A model generated the notes under the pieces. It saw nothing but the letters and a program-made list of their open reading frames with translations. It had not been told where the DNA came from and did not search any database. A stretch of DNA of 64,000 nucleotides from Candidatus Melainabacteria bacterium 17Bon1m (lineage in GTDB: Bacteria > Cyanobacteriota > Vampirovibrionia > Obscuribacterales > Obscuribacteraceae), in assembly GCA_032128875.1 (NCBI GenBank), contig JAVLKG010000004.1, positions 384,001-448,000 on the forward strand. The letters run 5' to 3'. Below are positions 39,117 through 49,500 of the stretch, piece after piece. A program made the position numbers and the translations under genes. Each line of letters starts with the position of its first letter. The stretch's first letter is position 1.

Positions 39117-41804
39117 TTAATCGAGCATCTTCAATTGTTCGATGATGCTGTTTTTCTTGTGTTCCAGCTCAGCGATTTGGTCTTTGATGATTTGTACTTT
39201 CTCCGGCGGCGCCTTCTTTGCGAAATCAAGATTGCCGATGATCTGAGCTTGCTTCGCGAGTTCTTTTTCAGTAGCAGCGAGCTGCTGTTTTAACTTCTCG
39301 CGAGTTTTCTCGATATCAATCGTGCTGCCGAGAGGAATTGCAACTCTGATCGAACCAACTTTGTCCCAAGCAGAGCGCGGTGGCAGTGTGGAAAGCTCAA
39401 AATCAACTTTGCCTGCTTTTGCCAGACGCTTGACGTAGTCAACGTTTGCCTCAAGCAGTTTTTTCTCATCAGCGTTTTCAGCTTGAACGATAACTTCGAC
39501 TTCCGACGACGCTGGGACATTGAACGTCTGGCGAATGTTTCTCACTGAGCGAATAACTTTCATAATCAGACCCATTTCTGCATCTGATTGCTCATTGAAG
39601 AAACGCTCGTCATCACGCGGATACGGCGCGAACATAATCGAATCGTAGTTGTCGAACAACTCTGACTTCGGTGTTCTGCTCCAGAGTTCGTCCGTGATAA
39701 ACGGAGCCGTCGGGTGCATAGCACGCATCAAACCTTCGAATATATTGTGCAGAACTCGTTGAGTTTGCTCTTTCAATTCTGGTTTTGCCATTTGAATCTT
39801 GGCGATTTCGATATACCAGTCGCAATAATGGTCCCATGTGAAATCGTAGATTTCACGGGTCGCATCATGGAAATCATATTCGTTGTACGCATGACCAACG
39901 TTCTTCAACATTGTGTTGAAGCGGTGCAAGATCCATCTGTCTGCCAGTGTCAAAGTTTGCGGATCGATTGGCGCCGGCGTATAGCCTTCCAATTGTGAAA
40001 GCACGAATCGTCCTGCGTTCCACAGCTTGTTTGCAAAGCGTTTGTATTCATCTAGGCGATCCTCGCGGAAGCGAACATCTTGATCGCCTTTGATACCTAC
40101 GGATGCAAACCAAAATCTATTCGCATCGGCGCCGTATTTTTCGATCATATCCAGCGGATCGACTGCATTGCCTTTGGATTTAGACATGCGCTTTCCATCA
40201 GGAGTTTGAATAACCGGGTGAATCAAAACTTCTTTGAAGGGAATTGTTTTCACAAACTTCAAACTGGTGAAAATCATACGGGCTACCCAGAGATTGATAA
40301 TCTCGCGGGCAGTCGACAGAATTGTCGTCGGATAAAACACTTTGAACTCGCGTGTTTCCTCCGGCCAGCCAAGAGTGGCAAACGGCCAAAGCGCTGACGA
40401 AAACCAGGTATCAAGCACATCTTCGTCTTGCGTGAGAGTTTTTGAATCGCACTTACTGCATTGCTCGGGTGCGGTTTCATACGCATCTACGTGTTCGTTT
40501 TCACAAGTCCAAACTGGAATGCGATGCCCCCACCACAATTGACGGCTGATATTCCAGTCGCGGATGTTTTTCATCCAATCTAAATAAGTTGCGGCATAAC
40601 GCTCAGGCACGAACTTGATGCGCTCTTCTTCAACTACTTTGATTGCAGGCTCGGCGAGTTCTTTCATCGAGCAGTACCACTGATCTGAAAGGTATGGCTC
40701 GATAACGGTGTGGCACCGCTCGCAGTGCCCTACGCCATGCTCGTAGTCTTTAATCTCGACCATCAAACCGGCTTCTTCTAGTTCTGCAACTGCTTCTTTG
40801 CGAACAACGAAGCGATCTTTGCCGTGGAAGCGTTCAGGAACGAACTCGTTGGCACACAACTTACCTTCGCTGTCGATAACAATCGGCGCGGATAAATTGT
40901 GGCGCTGACCGACTTCCCAGTCATTGGCATCGTGCGCCGGAGTAATCTTCAAACAACCAGTGCCGAATTCGCGTTCTACATAATTGTCAGCGATGACAGG
41001 AATTTCACGATTGGTGAGCGGAAGTTTTACCATTTTGCCCACGTACTGCTTATAACGATCGTCGGCAGGGTGGACGGCAACTGCAACGTCGCCAAGCAGA
41101 GTTTCTGGTCTGGTCGTGGCGACAGTCAGACTGCCTTCGCCTTCTGTTAGCGGATATTTAATTAGATAAAGATGACCTTTCGTATCTTCGTGCTCGACCT
41201 CCAGGTCCGAAAGGCTGGTCAAGCAGCGCGGGCACCAATTGCAGATGCGATTGCCACGATAGATATAGCCTTCCTTGTATAGGATGCAGAAGGCGCGATA
41301 AATCGCTTTTACATAACTCTCATCCATTGTGAAAGCGATGCGGTCCCAGCTGAAGCTGACGCCCAGCCGACGGTATTGCTGCATGATTGTGTCGCCGTAC
41401 TGTTTGCGCCACTCCCACACCTTTTCAATGAACTTTTCGCGGCCGAGGTCGCGGCGGTTTATCTTTTCCTGTTTAAGTTTTCGCTCAACAACCATCTGCG
41501 TTGAGATGCCGGCGTGGTCCGTACCCGGCTGCCAGAGCACACTGTAGCCTTGCATGCGCTTGAGACGAATCAAAACGTCTTGCAAAGTGCCATTCAGAGC
41601 GTGGCCCATATGAAGATTGCCGGTGATGTTCGGCGGCGGTAGAGCGCACGAGAACACCGGGCGGTCCGGTATGATGTCAAGGTCGAAGACTTCCTTGTCA
41701 AACCACTCTTTGGTCCACTTAGCCTCGACTTCCTTTGGGTTGTAGGCGCCGGAAGTTGAATCAGGTGACATAGATGTTGCTGTCTTTGTGCTCGGGGTGG
41801 ACAT
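39117..41804 (-). CDS. valS: Valine--tRNA ligase
   Basis: PPPNITGNLHMGH, GTDHAGI, DWNISRQLWWGH, DVLDTWFSS, RMSKS, C-terminal coiled coil. Confidence 0.99.
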   Translation of the reverse strand: MSTPSTKTATSMSPDSTSGAYNPKEVEAKWTKEWFDKEVFDLDIIPDRPVFSCALPPPNITGNLHMGHALNGTLQDVLIRLKRMQGYSVLWQPGTDHAGISTQMVVERKLKQEKINRRDLGREKFIEKVWEWRKQYGDTIMQQYRRLGVSFSWDRIAFTMDESYVKAIYRAFCILYKEGYIYRGNRICNWCPRCLTSLSDLEVEHEDTKGHLYLIKYPLTEGEGSLTVATTRPETLLGDVAVAVHPADDRYKQYVGKMVKLPLTNREIPVIADNYVEREFGTGCLKITPAHDANDWEVGQRHNLSAPIVIDSEGKLCANEFVPERFHGKDRFVVRKEAVAELEEAGLMVEIKDYEHGVGHCERCHTVIEPYLSDQWYCSMKELAEPAIKVVEEERIKFVPERYAATYLDWMKNIRDWNISRQLWWGHRIPVWTCENEHVDAYETAPEQCSKCDSKTLTQDEDVLDTWFSSALWPFATLGWPEETREFKVFYPTTILSTAREIINLWVARMIFTSLKFVKTIPFKEVLIHPVIQTPDGKRMSKSKGNAVDPLDMIEKYGADANRFWFASVGIKGDQDVRFREDRLDEYKRFANKLWNAGRFVLSQLEGYTPAPIDPQTLTLADRWILHRFNTMLKNVGHAYNEYDFHDATREIYDFTWDHYCDWYIEIAKIQMAKPELKEQTQRVLHNIFEGLMRAMHPTAPFITDELWSRTPKSELFDNYDSIMFAPYPRDDERFFNEQSDAEMGLIMKVIRSVRNIRQTFNVPASSEVEVIVQAENADEKKLLEANVDYVKRLAKAGKVDFELSTLPPRSAWDKVGSIRVAIPLGSTIDIEKTREKLKQQLAATEKELAKQAQIIGNLDFAKKAPPEKVQIIKDQIAELEHKKNSIIEQLKMLD

Positions 41805-42034
41805 GTGCGCTCCAGGAAAGCGGTGTGAACTTCCGAAATAGTTCGGAAACCTCGATTATATCCAGCCTTCCAGTCCACCGTCCACTTGCAAAGAGGGATT
41901 CTGTGACGCAAAGACACAAACGCAACTTATCTAAACCGGCAGGGAGGGCTACTGATGTTAGAATTGCCGGTTGGCGTCAAGCTTCAATTTTGTCTTGACT
42001 AGTTTTGGGCAACACAGTTTTACAGGACCGGCAC

Positions 42035-42595
42035 ATGATCTCCAGTAATGATTTTCGACCAGGGGTAACTGTTGAGTGGAACAACGGCGTATGGCAGGTT
42101 GTTGAAGCCATGCACGTCAAACCAGGAAAAGGTTCTGCGTTTGTACGCACAAAGATGAGAAATCTCGAGACGCAAAACGTACTCGAAACGACGTTTAGAG
42201 CAGGCGAAAAACTGCCGCAAGCGATCGTTGAGAAGTCGGAAATGAACTTCGTTTATAAAGCCGGCGAAAATTACGCCATGATGGACACCGTCAGCTACGA
42301 GCAAATCGAGTTGTCGGAAAAGAACATCGGACCTGGCTGCGAATTCTTGAAAGAAGGATGCGAAGGCATCATCGTTATGAAGTACGACAACCGTGTCATC
42401 GGCGTAGACTTGCCGAATACTGTTGAGCTCGAAGTTACTGAAACGGTTCCTGATGAGCGCGGCGATACCTCTTCTGGTGGCGGTAAGCCAGCCACTTTGG
42501 AAACTGGTGCCACCATTCAGGTGCCTTTCCACATCAAGGTCGGCGACAAAATAAAAGTCGATACCAGAAACCGCAAGTACCTTACTCGCGTATAA
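42035..42595 (+). CDS. efp: Elongation factor P
   Basis: HVKPGKGSAFVRTK, KPATLETG. Confidence 0.99.
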   Translation: MISSNDFRPGVTVEWNNGVWQVVEAMHVKPGKGSAFVRTKMRNLETQNVLETTFRAGEKLPQAIVEKSEMNFVYKAGENYAMMDTVSYEQIELSEKNIGPGCEFLKEGCEGIIVMKYDNRVIGVDLPNTVELEVTETVPDERGDTSSGGGKPATLETGATIQVPFHIKVGDKIKVDTRNRKYLTRV

Positions 42596-42634
42596 ACCTG
42601 CATTTTGACTTAAACAATCGTCCGGACATTGGAA

Positions 42635-43147
42635 ATGAAGATAGACCTAAATCAAATTCGTGAATTGCTCTCCGTTGTAAGCCAGACGGATATTACCGAG
42701 CTGACTCTGGAATTCGGCGACCAGAAAATAACCATCAAGAAAAACGCCGTGCAATTTGCACCGTCGTCGATCATCGCTGAGACACCGATGGCGGCTGCGG
42801 TTGCGCATCATGTGCCAGTCAAGGCGATGTCGTTTGAGCCGGCTCCCGCAGCACAGGCTGCGCCGCCGCCCAAAGCGGAAGAGCCGGTCAGTGCCAACAA
42901 TGGATACGTTGCAGTGACCTCTCCGATGGTCGGCACGTTCTATCGTGCTGCATCACCGACCGCTGCTCCCTTCGTTGATATCGGCGACCGCATCGCTGTA
43001 GGTCAGACCGTTTGCATCATCGAAGCGATGAAGCTGATGAATGATATGCCTGCAGAAGTGTCGGGCAAAATAGTGAAAGTGTGCGTAGACAACGGCACCA
43101 CCGTTGAATACGGGCAGACGCTTTTCCTCGTTGACCCGAAAGGCTAA
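42635..43147 (+). CDS. accB: Acetyl-CoA carboxylase biotin carboxyl carrier protein
   Basis: SPMVGTFY, EAMKLM biotinylation site. Confidence 0.98.
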   Translation: MKIDLNQIRELLSVVSQTDITELTLEFGDQKITIKKNAVQFAPSSIIAETPMAAAVAHHVPVKAMSFEPAPAAQAAPPPKAEEPVSANNGYVAVTSPMVGTFYRAASPTAAPFVDIGDRIAVGQTVCIIEAMKLMNDMPAEVSGKIVKVCVDNGTTVEYGQTLFLVDPKG

Positions 43148-43262
43148 GCGAAAGCAGCGCTTGTGCGAAAGCAGCGTGAAAACCAAGACAATATTCGCGG
43201 CACGAAGAAATTCAGCAAAGGCTGATTTGGAAAACCACTAAAACGAACGAAGCGAGCAAGAG

Positions 43263-44621
43263 TTGATCGAAAAGGTTCTAATTGCAAATCGCGGCGAGAT
43301 CGCTCTCAGAGTTATCAGAGCGTGCAGAGAGATGAACGTGCGCACTGTCGCCGTTTATTCACAAGCTGACGCAGAGTCGCTCCACGTAAAACTTGCCGAT
43401 GAATCATTCTGCATCGGACCGCCGCCATCGAATCGCAGCTATCTCCACATTCCTGCGTTGATTTCAACTGCAGTTGTGACCGGTGCTGATGCCATTCACC
43501 CTGGTTATGGTTTTCTTTCAGAGAATGCAAACTTTGCGCAAATCTGCGCAGATCACCGCATCAAATTCATCGGACCTTCGATCACTGCTATCAATTCGAT
43601 GGGTGACAAAGCATCTGCCCGCGAAACAATGCGCGCTGCAAATGTGCCTGTTGTTCCTGGCAGCCAGGGCTTAATCACGCATGATGCTGAGGCGTTCAAA
43701 CTCGCTAACGATATAGGTTTTCCCGTTATCATCAAAGCAACCGCAGGTGGTGGCGGACGCGGAATGCGTGTCGCTCACGATCAAGCTCAACTTGCTCATG
43801 CAATTTCTGCTGCAAGAAGTGAAGCGTCGGCTGCCTTCGGTGACGGTGGCGTATACATCGAAAAATATTTGAAACCGATTCGCCACATTGAAATTCAAGT
43901 GTTGGCTGATTCGCACGGCAATTGCGTCCACCTCGGCGAGCGCGATTGCTCGGTGCAAAGACGTCACCAAAAACTAATTGAAGAGGCACCTAGCCCGGCA
44001 ATCAGTCCTGAAATGAGAAAACAAATGGGTGATGCCGCTGTGCGCGCCGCGTTGCAGATCGGATATGAAGGCGCCGGAACCGTCGAGTTCATATTCGCCA
44101 ACGACAAGTTCTATTTCATGGAAATGAATACTCGTATTCAGGTCGAGCACCCGGTTACTGAGTACATTACCGGTATTGACCTTATTAAAGAACAGATTCG
44201 TGTCGCCAGTGGACACAAGCTGTCCTTCACACAAGAAGACATCAAGTTCACCGGTCACTCCATCGAATGCCGTATCAACGCAGAGGATCCTGACCGCAAC
44301 TTCTTGCCGTCGCCCGGAAAAGTCGATGCCTACATCGCTCCCGGTGGACCCGGCGTGCGTGTCGACAGCCACTGCTATCCCGGATATTCGATTCCCCCTC
44401 ACTACGATTCTCTTTTGAGTAAGCTCATTGTGTGGGGACAAAACCGTCAGGAAGCAATTAACCGTATGCAGCGTGCTCTTGACGAATACGCCATAACTGG
44501 AATCAAGACGACCATACCTTTCCACCAAAAGGTCTTGGCAAACACTCATTTCCAAAATGGCGATGTGTCCACCGACTTCATCGAGAAGCACATGACCCCG
44601 GCGGAAGCTGTCAAGAAGTAA
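43263..44621 (+). CDS. accC: Acetyl-CoA carboxylase biotin carboxylase
   Basis: [30 protein letters not shown] start. Confidence 0.98.
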   Translation: MIEKVLIANRGEIALRVIRACREMNVRTVAVYSQADAESLHVKLADESFCIGPPPSNRSYLHIPALISTAVVTGADAIHPGYGFLSENANFAQICADHRIKFIGPSITAINSMGDKASARETMRAANVPVVPGSQGLITHDAEAFKLANDIGFPVIIKATAGGGGRGMRVAHDQAQLAHAISAARSEASAAFGDGGVYIEKYLKPIRHIEIQVLADSHGNCVHLGERDCSVQRRHQKLIEEAPSPAISPEMRKQMGDAAVRAALQIGYEGAGTVEFIFANDKFYFMEMNTRIQVEHPVTEYITGIDLIKEQIRVASGHKLSFTQEDIKFTGHSIECRINAEDPDRNFLPSPGKVDAYIAPGGPGVRVDSHCYPGYSIPPHYDSLLSKLIVWGQNRQEAINRMQRALDEYAITGIKTTIPFHQKVLANTHFQNGDVSTDFIEKHMTPAEAVKK

Positions 44622-44655
44622 TTCTTTTCCGGAGTAGTCCACATTGCTGGGTTCA

Positions 44656-44775
44656 AGCCGGCATCGGGCTTGTTCGTAGAAAACTGCTTAGAATCTGCTC
44701 GAATCCAGAACCCGCTAAAAATCCGAAAGTCCATACAAATCTAAAAGCCGCCAAGATGGCGGCGCTCCGGCCTAT
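44656..44775 (+). repeat. REP/REPIN-like element copy 1
   Basis: GCCGCCAAGATGGCGGCGCTCCG (44747-44769) and AGCCGGCATCG recur inverted at 57343-57409. Confidence 0.75.
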
Positions 44776-44805
44776 CGTATAAAATAGAGTATCCCAGCCC
44801 GACGT

Positions 44806-44877
44806 GGCTCTATAGCTCAATGGTGGAGCAAGCGACTCATAATCGCCAGGTTACAGGTTCGAATCCTGTTGGAGCCA
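44806..44877 (+). tRNA. tRNA with CAT anticodon (probably Ile2/lysidine; elongator Met possible)
   Basis: GGCTCTA/TGGAGCC-A, GCGA-CTCATAA-TCGC, GGTTCGAATCC; G1-C72 pair argues against initiator. Confidence 0.93.
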
Positions 44878-44925
44878 AATTCTTATTCTCTGAATCACAA
44901 TTTCGGAATCACAGAAATTCTGGTG

Positions 44926-46386
44926 ATGAATCAAATCCGCTTTGTCGTCGCTAGCCTATTTCTGCTTTCGCTTTTCCTTATGACTGTTAAGTCGGGAAAT
45001 GGCGCGCAGACTATGCCGCTGCTGATGCCGCAGCACAAAGACAACTATTTCATGGAAACCACTCTGGGACATCCAAGTCTCTGGTTTCCAAAGGACATAC
45101 CGCTTAAGGTTTATCTCAATCCGCCGAAAGGTGTTCAGAACTATCAGCCGTACATGGCAGACATTTTCAAAAACTGCCTCAAAGAGTACGAGAGGGTTTC
45201 CGACGGCAAAATCAGATTTCAAATTGTCGAAAAACCGCCTTTTGATATTCAGGTCAGTTTTTCTTTCAAACTTTTGCCCGGCGCCAGCAGATGGGATTCC
45301 GGCTGGACTACTGTTCAAACCAGCCCGCACCACATTGACAAAGCAAACATAACCATCTTCACTCATACTAAAGCGTGGCTGGAAAAGGACTATTTGCGCG
45401 AAGTCTGTTTGCACGAACTCGGACACGCTTTAGGCATGCACAATCACAGTCCCGATCCGCATGATGTGATGTACAGCAAGTGCATGATTGTTCCGCAAGT
45501 GTTGACCATTCGCGATGTGAATACGCTGGCGCTGTTGTACGACTTTAAGCCATCAGATGTCGTTCTTGCGAATTTGCCGGAATACTGCGATCACATCTCG
45601 ACCGCCGTGCCGCGCCGTTTTTCGCAAGTACAAGCTGACGAATATAGCCAAAAGCTAGCGGAAAAATTGAATCTTGCGAAATGGTTGGCACAAGGAACAC
45701 AACATCGCAGTTGCGATCTTTGTCTCTTGCTCGACGGTAGCGGCAATATCTACAATTATCGAATTACGCGCAGATCTGGTTCTGTTGCGTTTGACAATTC
45801 GATTCTCACAGCGCTTGTAACTTCCATCCCGCTGCCCAAGCCTCCTGATGGAATTCTGTCGAAGGGCCCGAGCGCATCTCGCCGAATAATATTTTCTTTC
45901 ACCGTCGCTTCTGACGGCAAAATCGAAGCACTTCCCGTTTTGGACGATCAAGCAACGGAGATCATCCCCTGCGCGCAGGCCGTCGCTGCATTGCCACTAA
46001 TTTCTGGCCAAGCAACTGCGGTGGACACGTCTACGGCTGCCAGCGTCACGAAAGCAATTCCGGCAGGGCAAACGCCAATCACTGCGCCGAAAGAAACCCC
46101 TCAGCAGCTCGACGACCTCCAGTGGACCGCCAAGGTGAAGCAGCTTGTAAAAGACCGTTGGCAGCCTGACGAGCCTGGCAATGTTGTTCTGGGATTGGGC
46201 GTTAAACAGGATGGCAAAATTGCTCATCTCGTCGTAAAGCAGTCCATTTCCGACGTCGCGTTCATGCGCGCGGCGATGGATGCTTGTCTTGAGGCGGAGC
46301 CATTTCCCGCGCCTCCAGCTCCTGAGAATACGACGGAATTCGTCAAGGAAGTCGAGATCAATTTTGACGGAACTTCGACACCATAA
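44926..46386 (+). CDS. Matrixin-family metalloprotease fused to two TonB/TolA C-terminal-like domains
   Basis: Signal peptide, HELGHALGMHNHS, Met-turn DVMY; RSGSVAFD..PLPKPP and DGKI..PFPAPP; ORF-track start lies inside the tRNA. Confidence 0.8.
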   Translation: MNQIRFVVASLFLLSLFLMTVKSGNGAQTMPLLMPQHKDNYFMETTLGHPSLWFPKDIPLKVYLNPPKGVQNYQPYMADIFKNCLKEYERVSDGKIRFQIVEKPPFDIQVSFSFKLLPGASRWDSGWTTVQTSPHHIDKANITIFTHTKAWLEKDYLREVCLHELGHALGMHNHSPDPHDVMYSKCMIVPQVLTIRDVNTLALLYDFKPSDVVLANLPEYCDHISTAVPRRFSQVQADEYSQKLAEKLNLAKWLAQGTQHRSCDLCLLLDGSGNIYNYRITRRSGSVAFDNSILTALVTSIPLPKPPDGILSKGPSASRRIIFSFTVASDGKIEALPVLDDQATEIIPCAQAVAALPLISGQATAVDTSTAASVTKAIPAGQTPITAPKETPQQLDDLQWTAKVKQLVKDRWQPDEPGNVVLGLGVKQDGKIAHLVVKQSISDVAFMRAAMDACLEAEPFPAPPAPENTTEFVKEVEINFDGTSTP

Positions 46387-46505
46387 CCAAAACCAAAATC
46401 TTTTGCTGGGCCGTCGTTTGCAAGGTTTGACCAGGCGAACTTTGATATAATCACACCGGAGCCCCTTGGAAGCCATGGTATCGTCGGCTTTCTTCGTTCG
46501 TCGGA

Positions 46506-49500
46506 GTGACGATGGGCATCACTACCTGTCCCTCGAATATTCAGCTTGAAGAACTGCTCGGCGGGCAGATCCGTGGTCCGGTCGCGGCTGATTTGGCAGA
46601 ACATATCGACGCCTGTGCTGCTTGTGCTCAAGCGGTTGAAACATTGGCGACGAATTTTTCGGTATCTGGCAAGCAGCCCGAGCCCATCGAGGTAGTAAGT
46701 GATTCTTCTACCAACGCGAGTGTTTCAGCGGCCAAAGAAAATCCTCACGCACCGCGAACATTGTTGTCTCTTGCCAATGCTGACGAAACTCTTTTCGCCA
46801 GTGCACAAGAAGAAGATCTGCTGAAGTTTCTTTTGCCACCACAGCAACCTGACGAACTTGGACGTCTTTCACACTATCGTGTTCTTAAAATTCTCGGCGT
46901 TGGTGGCATGGGTGTTGTTGTGCAGGCAGAGGACACACTGCTCGAGCGTTCCGTGGCATTGAAAGCGATCAAGCCAGAGTACATGAACGACAACAACGTG
47001 CGTCAGCGTTTTCTTCGTGAAGCTCGCCTTATGGCTGCACTCAAGAGCGATCACATCGTGACGATTCACCAGATTGGTGAGGACGCCGGCGTTTGTTTTA
47101 TCGCGATGGAATTGCTCAGTGGCGAATCGCTCGATTACTTGATCGCGCGTGTAGAACGCCCGACCTTGAGCGAGTCAGTTCGTATCGTTAGAGAAGTTGC
47201 GCAGGCTTTAGATGTGGCTCATAGCAAGGGACTTATTCACCGTGATATCAAGCCTGAAAACATCTGGCTCGAGTCTCCGAGCGGGCGTGTGAAATTGCTT
47301 GATTTTGGTCTGGCCCGTCCGCAAGTTGTTAGCGTCAAACTAACGACTAGTGGAATGATAATGGGCACGCCGGCATACATGGCACCTGAGCAAGCACGTG
47401 CCGAAGAAGTAAATGAGCGGACTGATCTTTTTAGCTTGGGTTGTATTCTTTATCAACTGATTTGTGGAGAACTTCCTTTCGGCGGTGAAACCGTTTGGGA
47501 AATTCTTTACGCGCTTAATGAAAAGGATCCAAAACCAGTCACGGATTTTTGGCCCGGCGTTCCTCCCGCTCTCAACGAGCTTGTGATGCAACTCCTGCAG
47601 AAGAATCCGGCGGACAGACCGCAAACCGCGGCTGAAGTGATAGCACGTCTTTTGATTATTGAAGGGGATCTGACTGATGGCGATGGTCCGCTACTGTCCG
47701 TGAAGAAAGTACAGAGCCCTTCGAGTTCTATTTATCAAAATAATCGACCCGGGGCGACCAAGACGCGAACACCTCAGCCCAGCGAATTGCAAATGTCGCA
47801 AATGATTCAAAGAGATGCTGAGCGCAGACAAGTCACTGTCTTGGTCTGCAACTGCAATCTGTTTGAATCAGAAGAGTATTTCGATCAGCTGGATGTTGAA
47901 GAGCAAGCGAGCGTAACACAGGCATTCCAAAGCGCGTGTGCAGAATCGGTGCGAAGATTTGATGGCACCATAATTCATTGCAATGATGAAGGGCTACTGG
48001 CGTGCTTTGGCTTTCCACTTGCCTACGAGGATGCTGCTGTTCGTGCAGCGAACGCCGCTTTGACATTGCGCGAACTCTTGAATCTTATTGCTGATGAATT
48101 GAAACAGAAACACAATCTCGACCTGAGCCCCTGGCTCGGAATTCATACAGGTTTGGCGATTGCACAATCTAAAGAGAGTGGCGTATCGCTTGTAGGCGAG
48201 GCTCGCAATCTCGCTATGCGATTGAAGGAAGTGGCCAACCCCGGACAGATTGTTTGCAGTCAAACGACTCACCTTTTGCTTCGCGGAAAGTTCGATTGCG
48301 CGAATCTTGGTTCTCACAAATTTCGCAGTGTTGCCGAACCTGTCGATCTGTTTTACGTGAAGTCCGAAATCGAAGGTGCGAATTCTGCCGAGATTGCATC
48401 ACCGGTAGAACTGTCACCGCTGACAGGGCGTGACGTCGAAATGAGCCTCTTGAAAGATCGCTGGGAGCAGGCGAAAGACGGAATCGGTCAAGTTGTGACT
48501 TTGACTGGCGAAGCCGGTCTCGGGAAGTCTCGACTTGTGCATGCTTTGAAGCAACTTGTCTATGATGATATGGATGAGCCGTCCCCCGTCTCGTGCCCTT
48601 ATACAAGTGATTCACTTCAGCAAGGGAAACATTCGCCAATCATAGAGTGGCGTTGCTCTCCTCATTTTCAAAATTCAGTGTTTTATCCGGCGGTCAGTTA
48701 TTTTGGACGACTGTTGAACTTTGGGCGTGATACGTCGGATGAAGAAGCCGTAAAACGCTTGATAGAGCATCTTGACTGCTATGGATTAGCGCAACCGGAT
48801 GTGGTGCCAATACTTACTTCACTGCTAAATCTTCCCACTGGCGAAAAATATCCGTCACTCGGTCTTGCACCGGTTCGTGAGCGACAAGAGTTGTTTCGTG
48901 TTTTGAAAGAGTGGTTGCACGCATACTCTGAAAAGCAGCCTGTCTTGTTCATCATAGAAGATCTGCACTGGCTTGATGCGACAACCCTGGAATTTCTCGG
49001 GCAATTTCTAGCAGAAACCGCGCACAGCAAAATTTTGACATTGCTGACATTCAGACCTGAATTTCATCCAGCCTGGCCTACTATGCCACATCTAACTGGC
49101 GTTGGATTAAATAGACTGACGAAAAAACAAGTCGCAGATCTGGTCAAGAAGAAAATCGGCGGAAGTTTGCCTGAGGGTGTCGTCGATCAAGTCTATGATC
49201 GCGCTGGCGGCGTGCCTCTCTTCATTGAAGAGTTCACTAAGATGGTGCAAGATTCCGGGATGCTGGATCGTGCAAATGGAGCTCAATTCAAGTCTATGAT
49301 TAGCCGTGAGATTCCTGCGACATTGCAGGACCTGCTCATGGCTCGTCTCGATAATATGGAAGGCGATCGCGAGCTGGCGCAGCTTGTTTCTGCCATTGGT
49401 CGAGAATTTAGTTTTGAACTTCTCTCGGCAGTGTCTGGTCTGGACGATGCTACTTTGTGTGCAAATCTCGCTAAATTGGTTCAAGCCGAAATTCTCTTTG

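Noticed and set aside
41805-42034. T-box leader for valS
   Set aside because: No T-box consensus or specifier stem
43974-44642. 222-aa antisense ORF and similar shadow ORFs over RND, efp and valS
   Set aside because: Opposite strand of well-supported genes, with no recognisable motifs
44705-44735. RNase P-like words CAGAACCCG and GAAAGTCC
   Set aside because: Wrong order and far too short
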